Assembly (NCBI GenBank): GCA_023419875.1
Contig: JAEZXM010000105.1
Span: 1 to 43,064 of the forward strand
Source of the DNA: Pseudomonadota bacterium
Lineage (GTDB): Bacteria; Myxococcota; Myxococcia; Myxococcales; Anaeromyxobacteraceae
Direction of reading: 5' to 3'
Length of the DNA stretch: 43,064 nt
Positions within the stretch are counted from its first letter, which is position 1, and each line of letters opens with the position of its first letter. Positions 9,241 to 16,911 of this stretch are shown here, piece after piece. The notes under the pieces are model-generated. The model had not been told where the DNA came from. It saw only the letters and a program-made list of their open reading frames with translations, and ran no database searches. Position numbers and translations under genes: made by a program.

Positions 9241-9831
9241 CTACCGGCGGCGGGGCTTCCTCATCGCCTTTCTGATCTGCTTGGCGATCCCGTCCCACGT
9301 CCAGTTGATAACTGGGACCCCAAACAGCGCTCCCGGCATTCGTCCCTTGTCGGCTCTGTCTATGTAGACGCCGAACATCGGGACGCCCTCCTCCTTTGCG
9401 ACCTTGATCTCCCAGAGGACACCCTCGGCGGCGTGGGTACCATCACCGATGAGCACGATCACGACGTCGCAACCCTTGATGCGGGGCCGTGTCTGCGTCT
9501 TCCAGGCGTTGTCGAACGGCTTGTGGAGCGAGAAGTCGGCCAACTCGAAAGGTGTATCCGAGTTGCGGCTCTGCCCGACGAAGAGGTTGCGTGCGGCCTC
9601 GTCCTCCACCGCGAAGCTGATGAAGGCCCGTGGCTTCCGTACCGCCGCGGTACTCCTCCCTGCTCGCGGCTTCTTCTTCGGGGGCTCGCCGGTTGGAGGT
9701 GGAAGGCCCGGCGCTTTCTCTGCCCGAGTAGCCGCGATCCATACGATTGCCGCACCGAGAAGCAGCAAAGGAATCGCAAGCGCTCGAAGCAGCGCCCGAG
9801 GGTCGGCGCGTAGCCTATCGAACCAGGTCAT
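9241..9831 (-). CDS. TIR domain protein with N-terminal transmembrane anchor and Pro/Lys-rich linker
   Basis: 196 aa; TM ALAIPLLLLGAAIVWIAA; then AFISFAVED...IKGCDVVIVLIG...WEI...WTWDGIA; aligns without gaps to the 8287-8670 TIR. Confidence 0.85.
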   Translation of the reverse strand: MTWFDRLRADPRALLRALAIPLLLLGAAIVWIAATRAEKAPGLPPPTGEPPKKKPRAGRSTAAVRKPRAFISFAVEDEAARNLFVGQSRNSDTPFELADFSLHKPFDNAWKTQTRPRIKGCDVVIVLIGDGTHAAEGVLWEIKVAKEEGVPMFGVYIDRADKGRMPGALFGVPVINWTWDGIAKQIRKAMRKPRRR

Positions 9832-9864
9832 GGGTCATGGTCACGGCGGCATCGCCGGCGGAGG

Positions 9865-10059
9865 TCAAGCGTCTTGGCACGCAGGGCACATGAGGCGGGC
9901 GCGATGCCGTTGGTAGTCCGTGATGATCCAAAGGCGAGCGCCAGGCTGCAACAACAGGTCCGCCGGTCTTCCACAGCGAACGCAGCGCATGAACAGCGAG
10001 GAGCGAAGCGCATGACGCCGCGTCGCTCGGAGCGCTTTCTCAACATCGAGAGTGGGCAT
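9865..10059 (-). CDS. Putative small zinc-ribbon protein (64 aa)
   Basis: Two CxxC pairs (CVRC, CPAC); GGGA upstream of ATG; co-oriented and 33 nt upstream of the TM-TIR gene. Confidence 0.4.
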   Translation of the reverse strand: MPTLDVEKALRATRRHALRSSLFMRCVRCGRPADLLLQPGARLWIITDYQRHRARLMCPACQDA

Positions 10060-10260
10060 GCGTCCCGCGTATCACACCGTGCTGACGGTCCGTCCACCTC
10101 GGGTCCTTGGGACCAGGCGGAAGTCTCTGTCCTCGGCCTCGGTACAGAACCCGACCACGAACGTTTGCGGCCTGGCGCGAGGCGTATCGGCGCGCGAGCC
10201 GCGCGGCCTTGACCTCCTCCGGATAGGTTCTTCCTGTTCGAGGGGCAGCGCACCGCGTCG

Positions 10261-12867
10261 TCATGCGGATGGTTTCGGACGCCGGCGAAAGAGCGGAGTC
10301 CAATTGGCCCCACGCTCCCAGAGCGCGGTCACGGTGACCGTAGGGACGTTGTAGTAGAAGACGAGGAGCTTTCCGGTGTTCCCGTATCCAAGAAGGCGAT
10401 CGTGAAGCTTGTCCTGGGTCCACGGGTCCCGCCGCCGCATGGTCTTGGGGCGCAGGATCGCAGCGGTCTGCTCCTGAAGGAACGCCTTTAGAGAGTCACG
10501 CTCCCTGAGATCGGTGAACACTTCCCGTCCCGTGAACATCTCGTCGCGGTCCGAGACGACGTCGGGGGGCGGCAGCAACGACACGTTCCTCAGGCCATGC
10601 TTATCGAGGAACCTGCGGAGAGTCGTAAGGCCCGAACGCCTGCCCATTGAGAACGCGATGGTCACTTGCCGGTTTCTGAACCCGGCGACGCGGTCACGCG
10701 ACAAATGGGATGTGAGGCGCTCGTGGAGCGCGGTATCCGGCAGCTTGAGCCACTGAATGAATGCCGTCTTGGTGTGTCCCGCCGCACCACAGAAGTCATC
10801 CCACAAGACAATCTGCCCGCGCCCGCGCGACTCAAGCGCAAGCTCGAGCTGCATCACTCGACGCCGGAGCTTCGCAGGGATGTCATTCATGAGGTATGTC
10901 AGGAGCGCGCTGCTGTCCCCAGTTGCGCCGAGCGGGCACACTGCACGGACCTCACCGTTAGCGAGCGCTGAGTTCATGATGCGCTCGAGTGAACGCGCGA
11001 AGTACCGTCGGTCCTTGAAGTCAACGTGTTCGAGCATCCGAAGCGCCGCGCGAGCCATCTTCTCCGACTGGAACTGCCTAAGGAAGGCAGCAATGGACGC
11101 AGCAGTGATTGGCCCTCTACCCGGGACCTGGTACTGACCGAAGGTGTCGTGGAGGCTCTCGATCCGGGGCCACGCGGCCTTCAGGAAGTGCTCGAGCGAG
11201 GCGGCCTGGTAGGTCCTGACGCTCGATGCCTTGACGTTCGACGCCTCATCCCGACGCAGAGCAGCGCCCTTCTTCGCCAGCGTTTCTTCTGCAACCTTGA
11301 TCTCTTCGGGATGCAGCTTGGCGCGCCGGAACGCGGATGAGTCGACGGGCTGCCCGTAGTTACGCATGATGACGGAACGAGCAGCGATAAACACGGGAAG
11401 GACGCATTCTTCGGGTGCGAACACGTACCCTTCGGCACTCGATATGCGGCGACCGGCCTCGGCCCGTTCCCCGCCGAACGCTGTTGCGGCGAGCTTGAAG
11501 TCCTCTGCCGTGTCACCAACGAACGCGTGTCGGTCCATGCCGGACCGGGTGAGGTCCGGGACGTTTACAGCGGGTGGGATGAGGCGAAGTGGCTGGGCAT
11601 GTGCGCCAAGAAGCTTCGCGAAGCGAGTCGCTTTCTCCGTGATCTCGCGCTCGAGCTTGCCGGATCGCACAGCATCGCGCAGCGAAAGCCATAGGGTCAG
11701 GTCCTCGCCCTTGGGGCTCTTCTCTGAGTTCTTGATGAAGAAGGCGCGCTTGGGCAGGCGTCGCTCGCGAAGCATCCGCGCATGCAGTAGCTGGCGATCT
11801 CCAACGAGTTCATCGTCCGAGAGCGACAGCCAGTCCCGGATCGAGGTGAGGCTCCCGCGTCTAGCCTTCTCGGCCAACAGGCGGCGTGCGACGAGCTCGA
11901 GTGCTTGGACCTTGTGGTGCTGGTAGACCTTCTCGAACAAGAAGTTCTTCGTGACCGCGAGCTCGTGGAGCGCACGAGATCCTGGCGCGCTCAAGACCAA
12001 CGTCGTTATGAGGCCGCTCTTTGGGGGAGCCCACTTGGCGTAGTCGCGGGGGAGCTTGGCCACGGGAACGCTGACCGTGTGGACCTTCTCGATGATGCGC
12101 TTCACGTCGACCGCGGACGGGATGCCCGCCATGGCGCTGTCGCGCGGCATGTAGTCAAGCTTGTCCGCATCGAACGGTCCGTTCAGCAAGAGCGAGAGGT
12201 ACTCCTTCCCTGGGTCGACTGCCCCCGCGACGACGTAGCCCGCTATGCGTCGGGTCGCGTCATCGACGTCCTTGATGAAATCGGCTCCTACCTCGGTCGC
12301 GCCCAGAAAACCGCGAAACGCACGCGAACGGATGAAGACAGCGGCGAACGCCTCGCTGGGAGAGGGTACCTTGCGGGTCTTGTACTCCGTCGTGATCCTG
12401 GAGATGAGCTCCCTCACGCCAGGGAGTTCCGCGACGAGCGGCTCCGAAACATGACTGAACGCGGAATGGCCGCAGTCGTGGACCAGCGCGGCGATCCGAA
12501 GCAGCTTCGTGGTCACGTCATCAACGATGCGTTCTCCTGCAAGCCCCGAGTTGCGCTCCAGGCCGTCGATGAGCTGCTGCATCTGATGGAGCACGCCGAG
12601 GGAGTGCTCGAGCCGGCTATGGCCGGCGCCAGGAAACACCCAATGAGCGACACCGAGCTGCCGGATGTACCTGAGCCGCTGAAGCAGCAAGGTGTCGAGG
12701 AGAGCCGCCTCCCAGCTGAAGAGACGGATCGTTCCCCAGACCGGGTCGTTGATAACCTTAGGGCGCGCATGGGAGTGGCCAGCACGCAGACGCTCCGTAT
12801 GCGGAGCGACCCACTGGTCACAGAGGCGTTCGAGCTCAGCGGTGAGGGCAGCGGCCGGGTCCGCCAC
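10261..12867 (-). CDS. HD-superfamily phosphohydrolase (SAMHD1/YdhJ dNTPase-like) fused to a C-terminal phosphoribosyltransferase-like domain
   Basis: N-term DPVWG, LQRLRYIRQLG, HSRLEHSLG, AALVHDCGHSAFSH, DADKLDY, KVYQH. C-term FLRQF, GDSSALLTY, IVLWDDFCG, LGYG..GKLLVFYYNVP..T...LW....WTPLFRR. Start placed at in-frame GTG 12867, just past the upstream stop (ORF track start 12915). Confidence 0.85.
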   Translation of the reverse strand: MADPAAALTAELERLCDQWVAPHTERLRAGHSHARPKVINDPVWGTIRLFSWEAALLDTLLLQRLRYIRQLGVAHWVFPGAGHSRLEHSLGVLHQMQQLIDGLERNSGLAGERIVDDVTTKLLRIAALVHDCGHSAFSHVSEPLVAELPGVRELISRITTEYKTRKVPSPSEAFAAVFIRSRAFRGFLGATEVGADFIKDVDDATRRIAGYVVAGAVDPGKEYLSLLLNGPFDADKLDYMPRDSAMAGIPSAVDVKRIIEKVHTVSVPVAKLPRDYAKWAPPKSGLITTLVLSAPGSRALHELAVTKNFLFEKVYQHHKVQALELVARRLLAEKARRGSLTSIRDWLSLSDDELVGDRQLLHARMLRERRLPKRAFFIKNSEKSPKGEDLTLWLSLRDAVRSGKLEREITEKATRFAKLLGAHAQPLRLIPPAVNVPDLTRSGMDRHAFVGDTAEDFKLAATAFGGERAEAGRRISSAEGYVFAPEECVLPVFIAARSVIMRNYGQPVDSSAFRRAKLHPEEIKVAEETLAKKGAALRRDEASNVKASSVRTYQAASLEHFLKAAWPRIESLHDTFGQYQVPGRGPITAASIAAFLRQFQSEKMARAALRMLEHVDFKDRRYFARSLERIMNSALANGEVRAVCPLGATGDSSALLTYLMNDIPAKLRRRVMQLELALESRGRGQIVLWDDFCGAAGHTKTAFIQWLKLPDTALHERLTSHLSRDRVAGFRNRQVTIAFSMGRRSGLTTLRRFLDKHGLRNVSLLPPPDVVSDRDEMFTGREVFTDLRERDSLKAFLQEQTAAILRPKTMRRRDPWTQDKLHDRLLGYGNTGKLLVFYYNVPTVTVTALWERGANWTPLFRRRPKPSA

Positions 12868-12869
12868 GA

Positions 12870-13283
12870 CTACTCGAGCTGCTGAGCGAAGTACCGTCCG
12901 AGCTGCTCGAACCACTTGCCATCAGGAAGTCGCTTCAGCTGAGCCTTCGCGTCAGATGGCCCGATCTTGAACTGGGCCTTCTCCAGGTCCGGATTCATCA
13001 GAGACAGCACGCGATCCTGCTCACCCTCGAGCAGCATCTCGCTCGCCTCGGAGCACACCCCGAAAATGGGGTCCACGTGGAAGGTCAGATTCCGGAGGAG
13101 GCCCCGACGCGCAGTCTTCTTCGCCTTCTCGACAGTCGAGACGAAGGCCCGGTGGAAGTCCTCTCCCTCAGCGGGGAAGTCCTTCTTGTAGATCCGGAGT
13201 CCGAACAGGAGCCCTCGGTAGAAGGTCACTCTGTCCATAGGCGATGCCCCCTCGCTGCGTCCTGGCTTCGATTCCACGCTCAC
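12870..13283 (-). CDS. Hypothetical protein (122-137 aa), possibly winged-helix
   Basis: Fills the space between the MerR and HD genes with 18-nt and 2-nt gaps; GAGG-type RBS before both GTG 13283 and ATG 13238. Confidence 0.7.
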   Translation of the reverse strand: MSVESKPGRSEGASPMDRVTFYRGLLFGLRIYKKDFPAEGEDFHRAFVSTVEKAKKTARRGLLRNLTFHVDPIFGVCSEASEMLLEGEQDRVLSLMNPDLEKAQFKIGPSDAKAQLKRLPDGKWFEQLGRYFAQQLE

Positions 13284-13301
13284 TTCCTCAACCTGCCCGA
13301 C

Positions 13302-13757
13302 CTACTCACCGTGTGCGTTGACGGCCGCCAAGCGGCTCGTAACGTCCCGCCGAATCGTCTTCATCTCGACGATGAAGCGGAACGCGTACTGCCCGGTCGT
13401 GAGCTCCTCCAGCAGCCGGCGTGGTGAGCTGCTGAAGTAGACCTCCGTGCCGTCAGTGACCAGGAAGCGAGCGTTCGAGGGCTCGCCCCGTACCTGTGGA
13501 TGGGCCCGCTGTAGCGCCTGAAGCGACCGCTTAAGCCTGGCAACGCCCACGCCTGCCTTCAGGAGTTGCGCGACGGTGCGCAGCATGACGAGGTCCACGA
13601 AGGAGTACATCCGCGGACTGCCTCTTCCTCGCCGGCTCGTGTGGGTCGGGACGACGACCCCCGTCCGGCAGAGGTAGTCGACCATCGCCGTCGACAGGCC
13701 CGCGACCTCGGCCGCGAGACCGATCTCGTACCCCTGGCGAGTCGATCCGCTACCCAT
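13302..13757 (-). CDS. MerR-family HTH transcriptional regulator
   Basis: GYEIGLAAEVAGLSTAMVDYLCRTGVVVP...GRGSPRMYSFVDLVMLRTVAQLLKAGV, then LVTDG.EVY and GQ..F, typical of a MerR-like subgroup. Confidence 0.88.
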   Translation of the reverse strand: MGSGSTRQGYEIGLAAEVAGLSTAMVDYLCRTGVVVPTHTSRRGRGSPRMYSFVDLVMLRTVAQLLKAGVGVARLKRSLQALQRAHPQVRGEPSNARFLVTDGTEVYFSSSPRRLLEELTTGQYAFRFIVEMKTIRRDVTSRLAAVNAHGE

Positions 13758-13764
13758 AGAATCG

Positions 13765-13793
13765 AGTTTAGATCGGGACTCTGAAGTTCTCCA
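13765..13793 (-). promoter_or_regulatory. Possible sigma70-type promoter for a leaderless merR transcript
   Basis: Minus strand TGGAGA-17 nt-TAAACT ending 7 nt before the ATG; no RBS present. Confidence 0.3.
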
Positions 13794-14398
13794 GTCGAGA
13801 AATCCGGGGCTGCATGCCGGCAGGATGCTCGCCTGGCTCCCTCATGGGTCACCGCGACTGCAAACGGCGTGCTGGGGCGGCGTGCTACGGGCGAACGAGC
13901 CGCCTGTGGAAACGGCACTGGCTGAACGGAGCGGCGCGCGGACGCGAGTCCGCAGGACGACCGATCATCGGTGGACGACGTGCGGATGGGCTCCGATGTC
14001 GGGTGACCCTCCGAACCGGAACTCGAGCAGGGTGAGGGCGCTAGACCGGCAAGGTTTCTGCTGGTCGGCATCGTGGCTGTAGGGGTGCTCCGAGAAGAAA
14101 CACTCGCCGTGCGGTCCACCCGACAGCCTCAAGGAGGCCGAGCGGCCCACAGGTTAGGCGATGCTGCGCGGGGTCATGGGCCAGGCGATGCGATCCAGCG
14201 TTTCTCAGCCGACGAGGGGATCTAGAAGCGGAGCGAAGGGGAACGGCAGGCGCCTGGAGGCGACGCTCAAGCCCAGGTTCGGTGAGGCTGCGAGTGAACT
14301 ACTTCGCAGTCAGACGGCACTAACAGCGCGGGCGGATCTCGTTGTGGTCGGCGGGGCGCGGTAGTCTCGCTGCAAGACTTCGAACGCTGGAGGGACTC

Positions 14399-14755
14399 AT
14401 GACTCGTGCCGAAGCACTACAAGGGCTGGACCGGAAGGAGCACATGGTGATGTGCTATCTCTGGTCTCGTCAGTTCGAAGCGCCACTCGAAGCGGGATCA
14501 CATAAAGTGAAGGCTGGTGTGAACCTGACAATCACGCGCCTGCGCCAGCGCGACGCCGTCGGCATGGTTCACTACTACTGGAGCGCCGTCACCGGTACCG
14601 AGCGAAGCGTGCCGTTCGCGAAGCTACTGCGAAGCGAACGGTTTGACGTTTTCGAGACCGAGACCACGCTGTTCGACTTTAGAGATCGCTTCAACGACCA
14701 GTGGTTCCGAGCCACCGCCCCGCCGATGTGCCCGTTCTGCGGCCAAACCTTCTAG
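14399..14755 (+). CDS. Hypothetical protein (118 aa)
   Basis: GGAGGG RBS before ATG 14399; globular-looking composition; ends MCPFCGQTF. Confidence 0.65.
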   Translation: MTRAEALQGLDRKEHMVMCYLWSRQFEAPLEAGSHKVKAGVNLTITRLRQRDAVGMVHYYWSAVTGTERSVPFAKLLRSERFDVFETETTLFDFRDRFNDQWFRATAPPMCPFCGQTF

Positions 14756-15014
14756 CGCTCGTCATGGGCAGGCGGCACAGAGGCGTCGCGCGCTGCTATC
14801 CGAGGCCAGAGCGGGGCTTAGCCTGCTCGTGATGGATCGAGGGGTTCCGCTTGTCCGCCGAGCGAGCCTGGTCCGGCGCTGCACCGACCAGATGCTGACG
14901 TCGCCCCGCCGTCGTTGACGAGCGGGCGGAGCGTGGGCTCGCCTGAAAGAGGTGGCGCGGGGGCTTTCGCGCATGCTCGCTCGAGGACGACGTGGTGGGA
15001 AACTTGAGCAGCGC

Positions 15015-16541
15015 ATGGACGGCCCTCAGAATCATCATGTGGAGCCGATCACGACAAACATCTCGGGGATCAATCCAACCTTCAAGGACTCCGAGTTGGT
15101 ACTCGGGCTGGTCGCGCCGGTCGGGACGGACTTCGATAAGTTCCATCACTTGCTCACGAGGCGGTTGGCGGAATTCGGCTATGCCGTTAACCCGGTGAAG
15201 CTGAGTGCCTTGGCCGACAACTTCCAAGCGAAGACCCCGGCTCCTCCCGCAGGCGCTTCTACGGAGGCGATACGCATCAACCGGCTGATGCATGCCGGCA
15301 ACTATCTTCGCTTCGAGTCACGTCGGGGCGAGTTCTTGGCGCTTGCTGCCGCAGCCGACATTCGAGCGCACAGAAGAGATGGTGAGGTTCTCCAGAAGAC
15401 GGCCCACGTCGTTCGTTCACTGAAGCATCCGGATGAAGTCCGTGCGCTGCGACGAATCTACGGTGCCGGGTTCTACCTGGTCGGCGTGACGGTGAACGAG
15501 AAGCAGCGACGCGAGTACCTGTGCGATCACAAAGGGTGCCGACCGGACGAAGTTGCCGAGCTCCTGCGCAGGGATGAGCACGAAGAAGACCCTGGGTACG
15601 TCGATGAGGAGGGTCAGAACTACGGACAGAGAACGCGGGACACCTTCCAACTCGCGGACGTCTTCATCCCGCTTGACTCCGAGGACCGGCTCGACCGCTT
15701 CCTCAAGCTGGTGTTCGGCTGCCCATTCGAAACACCCACGCCGGAGGAGTACGCGATGTACCTGGCGTTCGGCGCAGCCCTTCGGTCCGGTGACCTGTCT
15801 CGCCAGGTGGGAGCGGTCGTGGTTACCGAGAAGGGGGATCTGGTCAGCGTCGGAGCGAATGACGTCGCTCGCGCCGGTGGCGGTCTCTACTGGCCGGGAA
15901 AAGGGGACGAGCGCGACTTCGTTCGCAACGAAGACTCGAACGAGGTGCAGCGAGACGTGATTCTCCAAGACGTGCTCAAGCGCCTACTTCCCGAGGGTCA
16001 GGATGAGGCCTCGTGGATCGAGCGGGGCAGGAAGCTCCTCAAGCCTAGCCCTCTGATGGACATCACGGAGTATGGCCGGGCGACCCACGCGGAAATGGAG
16101 GCGCTGCTCTCGTGCGCGAGAAACGGCATTCCCACCCGGAACGCGACTCTCTTCTCGACCACGTTCCCATGCCACAACTGCGCGAAGCACATCATCGCGT
16201 CCGGTGTCAGGCGGGTCGTGTACGTTGAGCCGTACCCGAAGAGCCAAGCGGCGAGACTTTTCAGTGATTCGATCAGGTTAGCGGGGGTAACGAAGGGCAC
16301 CCGTCGAGTTCTGTTCGAGCCGTTCGTGGGCATCGGGCCCAGACGATTTCTTGACCTCTTCTCTGTCGGTCTCTCATCGGGTACAAGTGCCGCTCGGAAG
16401 AAGGGAGGCGCGGTGATTCCCTGGAGTCCCGAGAAGGGAGTTGTCAGGGTCCCCTGTCTTCCGAACTCGTACCTAGATCGAGAAAAGTTGGCGGAGAAGG
16501 AACTCTCCGCGCGCACGACTCCACCGAGGGAGCCCAGATGA
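15015..16541 (+). CDS. Anti-phage dCTP deaminase (P-loop kinase-like domain + deaminase; Dcd/AvcD type)
   Basis: SELVLGLVAPVGTD, SLKHPDEV, GQRTRDTFQLADVF, LRSGDLSRQVGA, HAEMEA and FPCHNCAKHII (Zn-deaminase), YVEPYPKS. Start uncertain (14952-15015). Confidence 0.93.
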   Translation: MDGPQNHHVEPITTNISGINPTFKDSELVLGLVAPVGTDFDKFHHLLTRRLAEFGYAVNPVKLSALADNFQAKTPAPPAGASTEAIRINRLMHAGNYLRFESRRGEFLALAAAADIRAHRRDGEVLQKTAHVVRSLKHPDEVRALRRIYGAGFYLVGVTVNEKQRREYLCDHKGCRPDEVAELLRRDEHEEDPGYVDEEGQNYGQRTRDTFQLADVFIPLDSEDRLDRFLKLVFGCPFETPTPEEYAMYLAFGAALRSGDLSRQVGAVVVTEKGDLVSVGANDVARAGGGLYWPGKGDERDFVRNEDSNEVQRDVILQDVLKRLLPEGQDEASWIERGRKLLKPSPLMDITEYGRATHAEMEALLSCARNGIPTRNATLFSTTFPCHNCAKHIIASGVRRVVYVEPYPKSQAARLFSDSIRLAGVTKGTRRVLFEPFVGIGPRRFLDLFSVGLSSGTSAARKKGGAVIPWSPEKGVVRVPCLPNSYLDREKLAEKELSARTTPPREPR

Positions 16542-16735
16542 CGAAGATCTTGCGGAACATGTCGACCGAGGCAAGCAGGGCGTTCTGGGAAACTGTCGAG
16601 AGTTCTGCTGCGGAAGTGGAGCAGTGGCCCGCTTGGAAGCGGGCAGGGATCAACGTGGCGCAAGTCCGCGATGAGGCCGAAGGAGCCCTCGCTGAGCCTA
16701 GGCCTGCTGAAGGCACACCGCCCAGCGACCAGTAG
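16538..16735 (+). CDS. Small protein (65 aa) translationally coupled to the dCTP deaminase
   Basis: ATGA overlap, GAGGGAG RBS; FWETVESSAAEVEQWPAWKR amphipathic Trp-rich core. Confidence 0.6.
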   Translation: MTKILRNMSTEASRAFWETVESSAAEVEQWPAWKRAGINVAQVRDEAEGALAEPRPAEGTPPSDQ

Positions 16736-16795
16736 GGAGTCACCGCTCTCCGGGTGGTCCAGGCGTTGGAATCGGGTACACGCAGAGTCCGTAAA

Positions 16796-16850
16796 CCTGG
16801 TGCCATTTCGTGTCGGCAGACGTCGCTTCCTGCCGTTTCCTGGCACCAGG
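16796..16850. repeat. Inverted repeat near island end
   Basis: CCTGGTGCCA (16796-16805) / TGGCACCAGG (16841-16850) perfect 10 bp; inner CGGCAG/CTGCCG pair. Confidence 0.6.
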
Positions 16851-16911
16851 TGTCACCCCTAACCCTTGATTACCCTTAGCTTCGGTGGGGTTAGCAGCCG
16901 GTCGAGTACTT

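Larger units (their letters stand above)
1..16911. mobile_element. Right-hand portion of a genomic (defence) island integrated at a tRNA-Phe gene; left boundary and integrase lie outside the window
   Basis: Bounded on the right by a 5'-truncated tRNA-Phe fragment and terminator. Dense in defence genes (R-M, TIR, dCTP deaminase, HD). Many more A/T-ending codons in 7.3-16.7 kb than in genes beyond 18 kb. No integrase seen. Confidence 0.75.

Noticed and set aside
8287..9831. Canonical Thoeris system
   Set aside because: ThsB-like TIRs are present, but no SIR2-SLOG or TM-Macro ThsA is visible in the window.
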